A DNA stretch of 62,568 nt, the filler included, from Rhabdomonas costata (lineage: Eukaryota): assembly GCA_019059605.1 (NCBI GenBank). It is 35 parts of 35 records of this genome, joined end to end, with 100 filler letters (N's around TTAATTAATTAA, not from the genome) between each part and the next. Parts side by side here need not be neighbours in the genome. Positions count along the whole stretch, not along the records: positions 48,354 to 50,042 come from JAHMHO010010618.1; positions 50,143 to 51,832 come from JAHMHO010010619.1; positions 51,933 to 53,621 come from JAHMHO010010620.1; positions 53,722 to 55,410 come from JAHMHO010010621.1; positions 55,511 to 57,200 come from JAHMHO010010622.1; positions 57,301 to 58,990 come from JAHMHO010010623.1; positions 59,091 to 60,778 come from JAHMHO010010624.1; positions 60,879 to 62,568 come from JAHMHO010010625.1; 27 more parts are not named here. One strand, written 5' to 3'. Shown here piece by piece: positions 48,354 to 61,561 of the stretch (its first letter is position 1; every line of letters begins with the position of its first letter). The notes below the pieces were generated by a model. That model ran no database searches and was not told the DNA's origin. It saw only the letters and a list, made by a program, of their open reading frames with translations. The position numbers were made by a program, and so were the translations under genes.

Positions 48354-50042
48354 TTGTGTGGGGTGCCCGAGTACCTAAACAGCGTAAGAAGCCCCTGAAC
48401 GATGTAGACGGGAAGGCCCGAAGTGCAGCCCAGGTGGCGTTTTAGGCGCTGCCGGAGGCGTTCCAGGTCCGCGTTAAGGTGAGCGTCGGGTGGCGGAGGT
48501 GAGGGCAGGTCAGAAAGACAGGTGCCCACCCAAGGTGGCACGAGTAAACGCACACGAAGCAGGTGCCCGTCAACGTCGAATACCGAAAGGAAGGTGCCAT
48601 CGTTAGTCACTGACTCCAGTGAAGGCAGCCATAGTGTATGTCGAAAGAGCGTTCACAGGAGGGTAGCGAAGAAGACAAAAAGGGAGGGCAATTGTTCAGC
48701 AGTGACGGAAGTAAAGGTGTTGTGTCGAAAAAATGATTACACTCAGTAATGTTACATTCAGTAATGTGTGAGGTGAGCTAGGAGTGTGAGGTATCTGCGT
48801 ATGACTATACAATGAACAGGGCAAGTGAAGCATGAAGTTGACAGGCAACGCACGGGGCACGCACGGCGCACAGGAAAAGGAAAAGTTTCACTTCGTGCCC
48901 CAGCAAGCGGGCTCACAGTCACCCGCTCCAGCAACAGGCGGGAAACAAACAAACAAACACAAACAAACAAACCAACAAACAAACACAGAGACAGTGGGTG
49001 TAAAGGGGAAGCACTGGTACGAAACTATCCGGTACCGAATTCCGCTCGAATTCGTATACGCAACTCTAGCCCAACACCAACCAGGACTACCCCTGCGAAA
49101 CGTCGGGACTCTCAGGCGCCTGGTTGGGGACATTAGTTGCGCCGGTGTGGCAGAACTTGAGAAGACTGAGAAAGTTTACAAACACAAGCACACATACACC
49201 ATACACACTCTATGAGTTCTTTGGTGGTCCTTCAACCAACCTGTCTATCAACTATCCCGCCGACTTTTCCGGTGCTTTGGGTACTGACCACTTGTTCTAC
49301 TACAACTGGGCGGAGGTTCTTGGGAAACCGTACTGGCGTTTCAGAACAGCAAACTCACGGGCGCTCAACCTTCTGCACTCGCTCAGCACTAACTCTGCGT
49401 TGTTTGATTTGATGGTTGCTCTTTCTGCCTTGAAACCTCTGGCCTTTCCCTTCTGACCACTGTGGGCAGCTGCCGTGGCACGGTCCCTGACAATCTTGGG
49501 CGAAAACCTGCAGAAGCAAAGGAGATGGCAGCAGGAGAGAACAAAACCAACAGGCGAAACCCAGCTAACCTACTTTCATTCCCTCCCTTTCTTCTGTACA
49601 AACAGCGCTCTTAGTTGCTGCATTGGAAAGCAGGAAGGCACAACACTGCACCCCGTTCCGCCCCTTCTCCAAACCATGCGGTGGGCACGAAGGTGGTCCA
49701 TCAGCATGCCCAACCTGGACAGCTCGCCAAGCTCCAGCAAAACGACCAGCACAGCCCGAGGAAGTGCTTGAAGCAGCTCCCGAAGTCCAGCTCTCGGAGG
49801 CACACCCCTGCCGCCCTCTGCCTGATCAGGGACGAGATCCCCGGGACGCAGCGAGTACCCTGCGGTGGCGTCCTCCACTGTCAGAAGCACCGCACAGCTC
49901 TCGGGCTCGGTGGGCGATGCCGCGGAGGCCGTACAGCGGGGAATCAGCGCGTCAACGATGGCAGGGACTCGGCTTAGGTGCCGCCGGCTATGCGCCGCGC
50001 TAACCAGCACGGCCTGGAGCGCAACCGTGGACCACACCCCAC
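48354..50042 (-). CDS. Hypothetical protein, probable exons 50042-49675 and ~48620-48354
   Basis: Two GC3-rich open stretches lie on the same strand, with a donor ATG|GTTTGG at 49675. I recognise no domain. Confidence 0.45.
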
Positions 50043-50142
50043 NNNNNNNNNNNNNNNNNNNNNNNNNNNNNNNNNNNNNNNNNNNNTTAATTAATTAANN
50101 NNNNNNNNNNNNNNNNNNNNNNNNNNNNNNNNNNNNNNNNNN

Positions 50143-50607
50143 GGGGGTTTGGAGCTGAGGAAGCTGCCCCAACGTCGCCAGCAGCTGAGCGCCCATTTCG
50201 CTGAGGTTTGTTGAGCTGAGGTTTATGGAGAGGGACGTCAGCTGGATCCAGGACGTGCGCCCCACGGTTTCCGCGATCTCGTTGCCGAACTCGCAACCTG
50301 CGAATCCAAGGTCGAGCTTCTGCAGATGGGGGCCGAGCTGCGCACACTCTGCGCAGAGTGTCTGCATCTGAGCCCGTGTCACGGAGGAACAGTTGAAGGT
50401 GGCGGACTCGACCTTGAACCTCTTGAACCGGGGGAACTGCGCCGCTGGAGGGAGCCTGTAACACCGAATATGCTTGAGGTGAAGCGCGTAGCACCATTGG
50501 CGGCAGACCATGCTGAGGGAAACGGAAGGAGAGAAGGAGTGGATTAATCGTAGCAGCTCAGGAGGAAGACCGAGACAGTGGGGGGGTCGGGTAGATGAAC
50601 CCGGCAT
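50143..50607 (-). CDS. F-box plus RNI-like leucine-rich repeat protein, 5' part
   Basis: LGLPPELLRLIHSF...LSMVCRQW is an F-box. It is followed by the LRRs LQKLDLGF and LTSLSINLSSTNLSEMGAQLL. Confidence 0.8.
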
Positions 50608-53600
50608 CGGGTTAGCAGAGAACACAAAAAACCCTTTGAAGATCCAGCAGACGGGGGACGATTAATGGGCAAGGGGCATCTCCATGTACGCAAATAAACA
50701 GGGAAGGCTAGAAACTTACGGTGCAAAGCATTTTTTGTTGTTCCCAGAAACCGGGTCCTATAGATTACGTCAGATGCGATGTGGTATAAGCCAAAAACGA
50801 CTGCCAAACGACGCACAACCGAGGAGAAACTCGCCATTCTAATAAAATAAAGAAGTAACAAAAAAACCAGCAAAACAAAATGAACAAGATGAACGCCTGG
50901 CTTTCCATCAGATCTGAAGGAGTTCCATTTTCATCAATCATTGCCGTTTTGATCACCCAGGGAGCAAGCACAACGGTTGTGCTTTGATAATCCCAAATCA
51001 TAGGGACATCGCCTCTGGGTTCCCAAACTCTGGCAGCGTCCCACCTGCGGGTCTCAGGGCGAAAAACTTGTGCGTGTACCTGAACACGCCTACTAAATAT
51101 CATCGGCAACTAGGTTTGAACACCCCTGCAAATAGAGGTGTTGCTTGCCCGCTGTTGACCGCACGGTGGGTGTCTGATGTTTTTTGAAGTTCATCACGGG
51201 AAAGCCAAGGCAAAAAAAGACTGCCATCACAAACGCAGGCGCAAGCAGTGAGAGATTTGCAGCGCATCATAATGGTTACTATGGAAAAATAAGACATCAT
51301 TTAATGTTTGGAAACAAATGGTAGACTCAACGTTCCGAAACGAAACACTGTTGCAACCCTGCGTGTGGCGACTACTCTCATGAGGGTCATCACGTTTGCA
51401 AACAACATCCTTTTCAACGTGCTGACGTGAAAAGCACCAAACCCATATCTCATCTCATACGTCCATCGGGCACGTCTGTACAGTCCATATGGTCAACCAA
51501 GCAAGCCGAAATAGTTGCCGTGGCTGCTTTGGTGTGTCTGTGTCTGTGTACTAATGTGTGCGCGTGTTTTTGCGAAATCCCGACGGGAGGAGCAGTGCAC
51601 TTTGTGCAACAACGCTGGGCACAGCACTATAGGCCGCCGGGACTGGCTGCCAAGATACTAAAGATACTAAATAAAGACTCCGGCAGGGGGCAGAGGGCAT
51701 TATCACCGTCATCCTAAAAAGGTCACTGCTCTTGTGAGAATTCGAAGAGGGAAACAAAACTGACCCTTCAGTCCTACTCTGGCTTCACGCATACCGTAAG
51801 TCTCTCGGGTGCACAGCATGAAACCAAAAAACNNNNNNNNNNNNNNNNNNNNNNNNNNNNNNNNNNNNNNNNNNNNTTAATTAATTAANNNNNNNNNNNN
51901 NNNNNNNNNNNNNNNNNNNNNNNNNNNNNNNNTTGGTGGCCGGAAAATGAATACGGAAGATGACCGGTTTCTCACGCCACTGTGTGTGCCGCCAATACCG
52001 TTACGGCACACCAACATCCGGCTTCTCCAACAAAAAGCGCAATCGGCGCCAGCCCTCGTTGTGCCTTGTGTTTTTGCACGCGCACAGGCTGTCCATCCAC
52101 GCCAGCCTTCCTACCAGAAAGGGAGAGAAAGGGGGAGCGCGTGTCAAGGTGGCACTCAAAAAGCAGTTTCAGTTTGAACAAAGACGGAGCAAGAGAGCAT
52201 CAAAACTCACTCAGCGATGCCCAGTTGAGCAGTGACTGAGAGCGACCCATGAATTCTGCACACTGAGCAGCAGAGGCCGTTGCTCCTGCTTTTTTGGCCA
52301 GCAAACCAGGGGAAGGGCGACACACCGCCAATAGGTCGGGGGGAGGTGAACCGGCAAGACCATTCAGAGCCCTCGCGTCACTGGACAACGCGTTACTTCA
52401 GTTGTCAATACGTCCTCGATATATTTTCGCCGGAAAAAAAGAGTTATACAATAAAATTGTTGAGTCCAGACAGACAGCAGAAGAGTTGAAAGAAAAAGAA
52501 ATCGGCAAAACCTATTCCATTAGACACTCCATGTTACGGCAAATTTACTCTCCTAATCTGTTGTGACCAAAGTTCCAACAGAAAATCCCAGTTAAGGAAG
52601 TTTTTTACTTATATAAAACTAATAAATTTTACTAAGGTGATCTTAGGGGCTTTTTTATGAAACCAATCATATATCGTTAGTTAATCACTTCAGGAGATTC
52701 CCCTAACGTTTCCTTCGCTGACAATCGCGCCCAACTCTGCTGTATTTATTTCTTTGTTTCTCCCCAAAACTCCTTTTCAGTGAAGCAAAAATAATTTCAG
52801 AAATGCTTGATAAGTTCTTTGCAAAGTCATCAAGCATGTGCAGCTTTTGGAAGACAGAGGAGAGGATGAGGCATGCAAGAAATTTGCGCAGGATGAGTTC
52901 TTGCACGGGCGTCCAAGTGGAAAGTGATTGACGCTTGGGAGGATGCTACGAGCAAGCGTGTGAACGCTTAATAAACGCCTGGACAAAACCTGAGGTTGTT
53001 AAAAGTTAGTTTTGAACATCTTTCGTCTTTCGGTAATCTTTCCCTTCAATGTTGCATTGAACTTTCACCGTTTTACCGTTCTATTTTTTCTCGCGTTTCT
53101 TCTTGTCATTTTCTTCGGTGACCCCACGCAGCACATGCAGTTGTATTCAGTCTGCTTTCGCTCCGTTGGGTCCGCAATGAACTTTGAGGATGTGCAACCG
53201 TGAGCACTATCTTCTTTTCCCCTCATCTAAAAAGGTTGCATGTTGGGGCCTCCTGCCTGATATAAGAGAAGTGGCGTCCTAGATTTGGTCCCCGGTTTTG
53301 TTTGGGCTCATCGATGGCATCGCTGTCTTTTTCGATATCTATCACCGTCTTTTCTTGTGAAGAAGATAGAAGAGTTTTTCAAGGCTTTCATAGAATTGTT
53401 TTTCAAGGCTTGGTTTGTTAGCAGGCCCCCCCTCTCTCATAGCGGTGGTATAATAATTTTCATAAATCATTTTTTTATAGCCATCGCTATAAAACTTTTT
53501 TTGTCACTTTGTACGGCAAAGAGTCACCACTGTTCAGTGAAAGAACCACGTGCAAACGGCAAACAACAAACCAACAAACAGCAGCAAGGAACATGAAAGG

Positions 53601-53729
53601 GATCAAAAGCAGAAAGGTGGTNNNNNNNNNNNNNNNNNNNNNNNNNNNNNNNNNNNNNNNNNNNNTTAATTAATTAANNNNNNNNNNNNNNNNNNNNNNN
53701 NNNNNNNNNNNNNNNNNNNNNGGGCCTAC

Positions 53730-55358
53730 CTTATTCTGCTCGTTCATTGCATCCACAATCTGCAGGAACCGGTCGATGTGGGGCTGGGGGATATCCCCCA
53801 CGCAGTGCATGGGGTCAAAGAAATGAAGTCCCGTGCGAACCAGGTGAATCACAGGCACAGTGGGCTCTGCATGGATCTTCCCCAGCATAACACTCAAGTG
53901 AACGATGTCAATTGCCGGGCCCTGAGAAAAAAATGGATTCTTGTCCCGCAGCATATCCGGTTTTCAGGTGTGTGTGTGTGTGAGGGGGGCTGCGACTCCT
54001 AATCGAATTACAGGCAATAGCCGCAAAGTTCGACAAATGGACCTTAAAATAGTATCACAATAGGAAAAAACCGAATCGAAGCATCCGCCAACAGCGGTAT
54101 TACAAACGACTCTTGAAGGAGCACATCACCTTCAGGTGCTCAGATAATGGGATGCCTCCCTCAAGCCTCCTGTGTCTCTGAACTCAAACCCAGAACATTC
54201 CAGAACAAAGGAATGTTGATCTTGGCTTCCTATTCGCGCTGCAGGGGCTCTGCCATCAACTGTGTGTGTCAACTGTGAGCCTGTGCTCGGGGGGTGCTCA
54301 TTTCCTCCGGGGATGAACACACAAATTTTCGGCAGGGGTTGGAAGGTGCACTTGCGCGTCAACCCCTCCTTTTTCTTCTTTTTCCAATTCTTCAAAAAGT
54401 TGAACTCAAACGAATAGGACTTTCTGCTATCACCTCTCAACTCAGCTTCTGAAAAAGGTCTCCACAGAAGAAATGATGCTCGTACGTTGACGTCTGGATC
54501 CGCGGCGGTGTCGTAAGCCGTGCCACCCTTGCTGCGCCGGGAGGGCTGCACCATCAGCCCTCGCAGCACGTACCAACCCACCCGCAGGACACCAAATTTC
54601 CAGGGGAGGCGGAGTTGTTCAAGAAAAAAAAACACTGAAGCTGCAGTAATGCCAAAGTCAGAATGTTCAACAGAAAAAAAAGGGGACTGCAAACTTCCAG
54701 ACCCCTAACATTTCAAAAGCAATCAATACAGAAAGTTTTTACAACTCAGTGATAATGCACCTGGAGCGGTTCCAGGGATGGCCTTCAGGCCTTCCTCCAC
54801 AGACTCCTGCAACTGTGCCAGAGCGCCCGCTGCAACCCCTGCACGTCCCACGACTCTTCCCGCAATGTACACCGCAGAGGCCGGATCGACAACCACAGCG
54901 ACCACCCCGTCAGGACCCCGAGCTGCAGCCACCTGCTGCCACCGCCGAATCACTTCCAGCTGCTGCCCTACCGCGTTCGAAACGCCAGCTAGCCCATCCT
55001 GAACGGCTTCCGGTCTGGGCCCATTGCCTCGAAAGTTGTCCCGACGGCTGTAGGGATGCCGAAGAAGCCCCCAGCACCGCCCAAATTGCCCCGCGTTTGC
55101 TGCGCACACCGCCACGGCGACCTCCGCAGAGAGTAAAGTTTGGGTCAGAGGGTCGGTGATCTCGGCGTATGCTGGCGTGGTGCGAGCCCAAGGGACGCAG
55201 GTCATGGCCATGGAGGAGGCGAGCCCGGCCTGCACGCTCAGCTGTTCCACGGCCAGACTCAGGAGAGCCTCAGCGGTGGTGAGATCAGTCGTGGTACGAA
55301 CGAGGGACAAGGCAGACCGAAGCGCGAAAATGGGCACAGGAATGCCACTGGAGCGGAC
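53730..55358 (-). CDS. Hypothetical protein, three in-phase exons (55358-54761, ~54559-54486, 53921-53730)
   Basis: A long GC3-rich exon and two shorter ones have compatible GT-AG phases. I recognise no family. Confidence 0.55.
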
Positions 55359-55538
55359 CTGAGGCGAGGGGAAAAGTTGCGCTTCTAACAAGGGACGGAA
55401 AACCCACAAANNNNNNNNNNNNNNNNNNNNNNNNNNNNNNNNNNNNNNNNNNNNTTAATTAATTAANNNNNNNNNNNNNNNNNNNNNNNNNNNNNNNNNN
55501 NNNNNNNNNNGGTTTTGTGTGCGTGATTAGATTCGCAG

Positions 55539-55688
55539 CTCGGAACGGGAGGCTCGCTGGCGAGCCCCAGAGCAGCTTCGGAGGCTGCGGTGCCTGGGGC
55601 AGACACTGCACCCCGCGCTGTTTCTGCACCGCTACAACCGCAGCACCCGCGACGCGGCCATTCAGCGGGTGTACCACAGCTGTGGGGG
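55539..55688 (+). CDS. Internal exon of a hypothetical protein (SEREARWRAPEQLRRLRCLGQTLHPALFLHRYNRSTRDAAIQRVYHSC)
   Basis: There is a GCAG acceptor, a GTAAGC donor and strong GC3 bias in one frame. Confidence 0.4.
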
Positions 55689-57625
55689 GTAAGCGGGGAT
55701 TAACCGGAGAGCAAAACCTCACCCACCCTTCCGTTCGCAGACGAATGCCCCGGGCCTGGACTGATGGGATGTGACACCCGGGTAGCCCGAGTTACGCACT
55801 TTGAGCGAGAACTTGGAAGAAAGCCTCCTCCATCACCTCGCTCATGCTGCCCTGCCCTGGATGAGTCTGGGTCGCACTGTGAGCAGTCTGGATCGAATTC
55901 GATACCTTGGATTCAAGGGCTTGCAGCCAAATTGGTGATGTCTCTACGCGCAGAAGCTGATTCTGGTAAGGTGAATGGGAAGTTGCATTTTGGACAGAAG
56001 GTTTCTGGGCCTCGCAGGATGAAGCTTGCTTGCCCTCCGGGGGGCAAAATCCTGCTTCTCTACGGGCTCTGACCTTTTTGCCTTGTCTTCTCTGCCGCGG
56101 AAAGACGGGTCTATTTGAGCATTAGTTTTGACTTCAGATCCTAAAGGAGGACTTGGAACGATGGGCGGATTCAAGCAGTGCGTTACCGCGTCACCATAGG
56201 CTGTGAAGTTTTTCGTTCTCCTGCCACGACTTCTGAGAAACCACACCAAGAACTCCACTGGAGAGCACTTTGGGCATCTGTCGACATCTTGTTGGCAACG
56301 GGGGATCCAGTTTATCCTTCCTGCATTTTAAATATGTGCACTGTTGTTTTGGTGTCAGGATAGGCGCCCAATGGATCAGTTGGTCCTCGTGACCTTGGGA
56401 ATGGCTTCTCATTGCAACCTTCTCCTAAAGATGAACTTTACAGCAGCTAAATGTCATTACAGGCCCTGCAGCGCTTTCCGGGTTCCCTCCGAAACCAATT
56501 CTGTCCATCTTATCTTAACCTGGCATCAGTTCAGTTGCCAGCCGGGCATGACTGGTGGGATGTAAGGTGGACTTGCTTTCTTGTTGGGAGTTGTTTTCTC
56601 GCCCCACACTGGGACAGTGCAGTTCGACAATTTGCCCGGTGATTGCATGGCCACCTAACCCCTGCGAGGTTTTCTGTTATGTTCTAACAGATAGACGGGA
56701 TGTTCCCCAAAATGTACTTGATAGGGGGTTCCCCGTGATTCCCCAGCGCCGAACATTATTGAGATGTTTAAACCAAAACAGCGACATCCAGAACCTACCC
56801 GTACGGTTTTCCCTTACCAACAACCGTTGGAGGACACTGACACAGTTCCGTCATCCATAAAAGATTAAATAGAGTAGCCAGGCAAATACAATACAATATA
56901 CAATAACCAGCTAACTTCTGTGGTGGTTCTGTTACCATTCAACCATTACTCCCCACTCCCACCCGCGAGGTTGGTTGAGTTCATTAGCTGGTGGTTCTTT
57001 TTATCGACGTTCCTTGAGGGTGAAGATGAGGAATTGGTCCATGTTAACCTGGAACTATTGTCAGGATCGATGAAGTGATCGACCACTTACCACCCTCCTT
57101 CCCTCAATGTCCGATTTGACATCAGATGACGGTGATGCGGAGCACGGGAACTACTGGGTTTGGGGCAAGACACACAAGCAATTTTAACAACAAAAAAAAC
57201 NNNNNNNNNNNNNNNNNNNNNNNNNNNNNNNNNNNNNNNNNNNNTTAATTAATTAANNNNNNNNNNNNNNNNNNNNNNNNNNNNNNNNNNNNNNNNNNNN
57301 GTTTTGGGGTGGAGAAGTGCAGGCTCACGCAATGGAGCGATGTGATGGTTGGTAAATGATGTTTCTCCCCTCTGCTGGTAATGCACTATGATAACAGGAA
57401 CACCACACAACAACACATCTAGTGATATCTACCTCTGGGGGGACATCGGGGATCGCCACAGTGGTGGGGCCGAATGCAGGAGTTCGCTGCTTGACAGAGG
57501 AGGCACACAAGGCCCGGAATGGAGGCAGAAAAGGCACGGCACTGAGGGGCACCACCCCCACTGAGGGCAGATGGCCCAGTGCTGACTTCACCTGTGAGTG
57601 AGCGTGGCCACAGAATGAAGGAAGC

Positions 57626-57661
57626 CTACTCTTCCTACTCTTCCTACTCTTCCTACTCTTC
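57626..57661. repeat. (CTACTCTTC)4 minisatellite
   Basis: Four exact tandem 9-mers are visible directly. Confidence 0.9.
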
Positions 57662-59472
57662 AGCAGAACACAGAGCTCCCCTTCAACAAAACACAGAAGC
57701 TTTCTCACAAGCTGCTGGAGCTGCACGTGTGAATGACACCCTCGCATCACGACGCCGCAAAGAACCGCTCACAGCAAAGGTACCGGGACGAGAATCCTGG
57801 CATTGCGATCAGTTGTGTGCACCGTTTCCGGTTGAAAACGCAAAAAAAAAATAGGAAGAAAGAATGCAGAAACGAAGGGAGAGGAAGTTGGGGGAATGGA
57901 ATACCTCGCTAGATGGGTGACTTACCGAAAGCTTCAACGTAGGCTTCGGGCTTCCGCTGACGAGCTTGTTGAGCCGCTTCAGCCCCTTGGAAGGGACAAG
58001 GCATGTCGTGTACCCGTCGCAATACCACATATAAAGCTGGCCAGTGTCAAGTGCACAACTGTATAAAGACCAGGGTCGTTAATGACCAGCAGTTTACCAA
58101 ACACAACAACAACCCAAACGAGAGAATTTCTCACAACAACTTTCTTTGCACTTTCGCAAGACACTTTTCGGTGCAAGGTGTTTTATTAGGAGAAGTTCCC
58201 ATCGAAAGGGGCTGCTTCTTTGATCAAATGTTTCTGCGTTGAGGTCAGTTCTCAAACAAGAAGAAAGCGATAGCTGTCTTTCAGAACTATCGCGCTAAAC
58301 AAGCCGAAACAAGCACGCGGTAAGGATCACAAACCTCCCGGCGAGCGTGGACCGCAGAGCTGTCAAAGCTCAGGTTCTGCCCAGGGTACCCCGCCCACAG
58401 GGGGAGGTACCGCTTCAGTGGCGTCGCAAAGGTCTCCTCAGAGCTGACCAATAGACCTGAGCCCACCGGAAAAATCGTAAAATGGAGCGTCAAATCGCAA
58501 CTGGCTGTGCCTAATATGACAGGAGCAATGCTGTATGAAAGCGAGCTCACACAGAAAATTGGGCAAGCAAGTTGAAGGCAGAAGAAAGGGGTGATCTGAT
58601 TTTTTTGTATTGTTCTTGTGTGGGTGGACCGGAAACAAAAAACTACTGCGCCTGACGCCTGACGCTGTTGCCGTCATGGGCAGCAAACCTGAAAAGGAGG
58701 ACGTGTTAAAGCATCCGAATGCCAAGCGCACGCTGAAGCGCCCAGTGAGTGCGGAGAGTGGAATGAGGGGGGGCGGGGAGAGCCCGCTGCGAAAATGCAC
58801 ACCGACGTCCAGCTCTGTCCACCCACAGCAGACCACAAATTCCGGCCCCAACTCCTCTGGCGGGGGAACCTGCACAGAGGATAGCAACTCCTGAAAGGGG
58901 AGGGGGACGCCAGCCAGTTACTGCTCTGCGAGTTTCGGAGAAAGCTAAAAATTGGCGAAAATAGGCAACTGTAGTCCCAAAAAACCCAACNNNNNNNNNN
59001 NNNNNNNNNNNNNNNNNNNNNNNNNNNNNNNNNNTTAATTAATTAANNNNNNNNNNNNNNNNNNNNNNNNNNNNNNNNNNNNNNNNNNNNTTTGTTGTTT
59101 TTTGAGTGCTTTGATTTCAGTCAAAGTATCATAAGTATGCAAGCATAAAACAGTGGTAACAAGACATCAGGTCTGCAATTGTGAATAAGAAACAAAGCAG
59201 GACAAGACTTGTCATAGGCCTTAATTCGCGCATACGAACAGAGTGCAATAGTGCGCCGACACCGATTGATCACTTCCAAAAAAAACCAACCCGAGTGTAA
59301 CATGTTTTCGGTTTGGTACCTTCACAAGGATTTGCTGCTGTTCTGCTTTTCCCTGGGTAATCTGAAAGCCGTCAGAGGAAAAAGGAAACATTCTGCTGGG
59401 CCCTGCCATCCACTCTCCAGCGCTCATTTCGCTGGTTTTCTGTTTGTGGCAAGCGATGTCCATGGGTGGCAG

Positions 59473-59820
59473 GAGATGCGGCAGCGGTTGGAGAGTGGTC
59501 GATCCAGCCCTCCCGCTCCCTCTGGCTCGGCATCGGCATCGGCATCGGCATCGGTCCCCGTCTCAGCAGAGCCCGTGCCACCCGCGATAGTGTTGCAGGC
59601 GGCCTCCCTCACGGCGGTCGTCCCTGCCCCCACGGCTGCTGCTGGGGACCCCTCGGGGGGCCAAAGCTATGCTCCGTCATCCGCTCCCCCCGTCCCTCTG
59701 AGCGATCCTGCGAACGGCCCTGGGAACGATCCTACCACCACCTCCGCTTCCAGCGTCACCACCACCGCCGCCGCCTCCTCCTCCTCCCCCCCTATGACGG
59801 ATGTTGTTGACCAGCCTTAA
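59473..59820 (+). CDS. Terminal exon encoding a low-complexity Ser/Ala/Pro/Thr-rich tail
   Basis: A GCAG acceptor opens a frame running to TAA at 59820. It includes a (GCATCG)n repeat encoding SASASA. Confidence 0.5.
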   Translation, partial: EMRQRLESGRSSPPAPSGSASASASASVPVSAEPVPPAIVLQAASLTAVVPAPTAAAGDPSGGQSYAPSSAPPVPLSDPANGPGNDPTTTSASSVTTTAAASSSSPPMTDVVDQP

Positions 59821-61251
59821 GCATCCGCTCGGGTTCGCTTTTTAACCACACCATCAACCTTTTCTCTCTTGTGTGAATAAAGTGTACGGAGAGGAATGTG
59901 TGAGGGGTACAATACAAACACAATGCCGCACATTCCTCTCTTGTTCGCAATGGCAAGTGGGAGAAACGAACACCAGATAGGGATTCTGCAAAACAGAGTC
60001 ATCGTGGCATCTTTATCTCATCCTCAGTCGCACGCTAGCCCCCACCCCAACCCCAACGCACACTGAAAAGGAGAGACACTAATTCCGTATGGAAATTTTT
60101 TGAGGATGCAAAGCGAATAAACGCTGACAAAAAGTTCGAGTAAAAAACGGTTAGTGAAATATGTGCAAATATTTGAGCAAGGTATTATACATGGTATACT
60201 ACTTTTCCTTGTATCAAAAACATAAGCCCGGATCCTACCAGGCACCGAAATCAGCTCAAACCCATATTCGCCGTCTACCACGGACGTTTCGCTCAGGTGT
60301 GACGGGGATCTTTCCTCTCTGTTACAGTTGAACTGGAACGGGCATTTGGACACCCAAGCAGATCATTTTTATCACTGTTTCTTTGGGTACGTACGAAAGC
60401 GTGCCCATGCCAATATTACCTAGTTTGGTTTCAAGCAATATGCAGGTTGAGCTGTAATGGTTATGACCACGGTTCAGCCGATGACCCCGTACCACATCAA
60501 AAATTATGCATGTAGGATGGTGAAAAGTCTTCCCGTATAAACCTCCACTGCACAGTTCCTTCTTTTACGTTCGAAGCGCCATAGTTTTTGTTTCCCCTTT
60601 TCTTCGAATTGCTGACGTCAGGAAATGCGATTAGATGTTATCAGGGCGAGTCTGGCTATGGTTTTTTGCCACTCTCTTTTGCCATGACAAAGGCCATGCT
60701 AAAGCTCTTAGGAACAGGAGGTCTCTCTATATGAAGTGAAAAAATGCCAGGATTGGCTCCAATCCCGCCCCAACCACANNNNNNNNNNNNNNNNNNNNNN
60801 NNNNNNNNNNNNNNNNNNNNNNTTAATTAATTAANNNNNNNNNNNNNNNNNNNNNNNNNNNNNNNNNNNNNNNNNNNNGTTTTGGGTGTCATTATTCTTC
60901 AATTGAACTGATGTTAGGGTGAACACCCTAACAGAAGGTTGCAGGTTGGTTGGCTGGAACATTGTGTACAGCTAGTGATAGAAGCACATCTCATTCGCTC
61001 AACTTTTCGAAAAGGAGGCAAAAATGGGTTCACGCAAATAAGCAGGAAAATCTGCTCTAACAGAGCAAACCCGCTGCTGGTGGTCACCGCGAAATGACCC
61101 GCACCACGAGTGCCAAGCGTGTGATTATGAATTTGGATCGAGCGCCACCTTTTCGGCTCCAGAGCATAAACCCTTTTGACCGTAGAATTCATTCTTCCGC
61201 GCTACTTTTCTGGCCTGCATTTTCGTCGCAGCGCTTCCCTGCTCCCTTTCG

Positions 61252-61561
61252 GTGAGCGGCTTCTCCGGAAGTCAGTTCATACTGAACGGGCTGTTCGTCT
61301 TTGCGGACTACCTCTACCTGGGCCGGCCCTGCTACTTTCACTTTGTGAATTACTATTGGTACTTTGTTACGCTGTGGTACGATCCCACGCCATCGGGTCT
61401 GGGGTGGACCTTTAGCTCGGGACTGAACTCTACGGATAACATTTACGCCTACAACGCCCAGAATGTGTCCACGCCCGACCTGCTCACCGAGCCGTGGTTT
61501 ATTCGAAACCCGAACTCGGGAGAGTTTGTGTCGGACCCTGCACTGCGAACGCTATGCACAA
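61252..61561 (+). CDS. Exon encoding an aromatic-rich beta-type module, probably extracellular
   Basis: VSG...LNGLF...GRPCY...LWY...W...Y...TP...W...DPALRTLC resembles a module I associate with protist surface proteins. It ends at the donor A|GTACCC. Confidence 0.5.

Noticed and set aside
52703..53340. Cys/His-containing broken minus-strand frames resembling a piggyBac C-terminal domain
   Set aside because: The Cys spacing does not fit convincingly, and I found no DDD core, terminal inverted repeats or TTAA-flanked ends.
1695..60878. Regularly spaced TTAATTAATTAA repeats resembling a CRISPR-like or periodic array
   Set aside because: They are embedded in N runs of fixed length and provide stops in all six frames, so they are artificial contig linkers.
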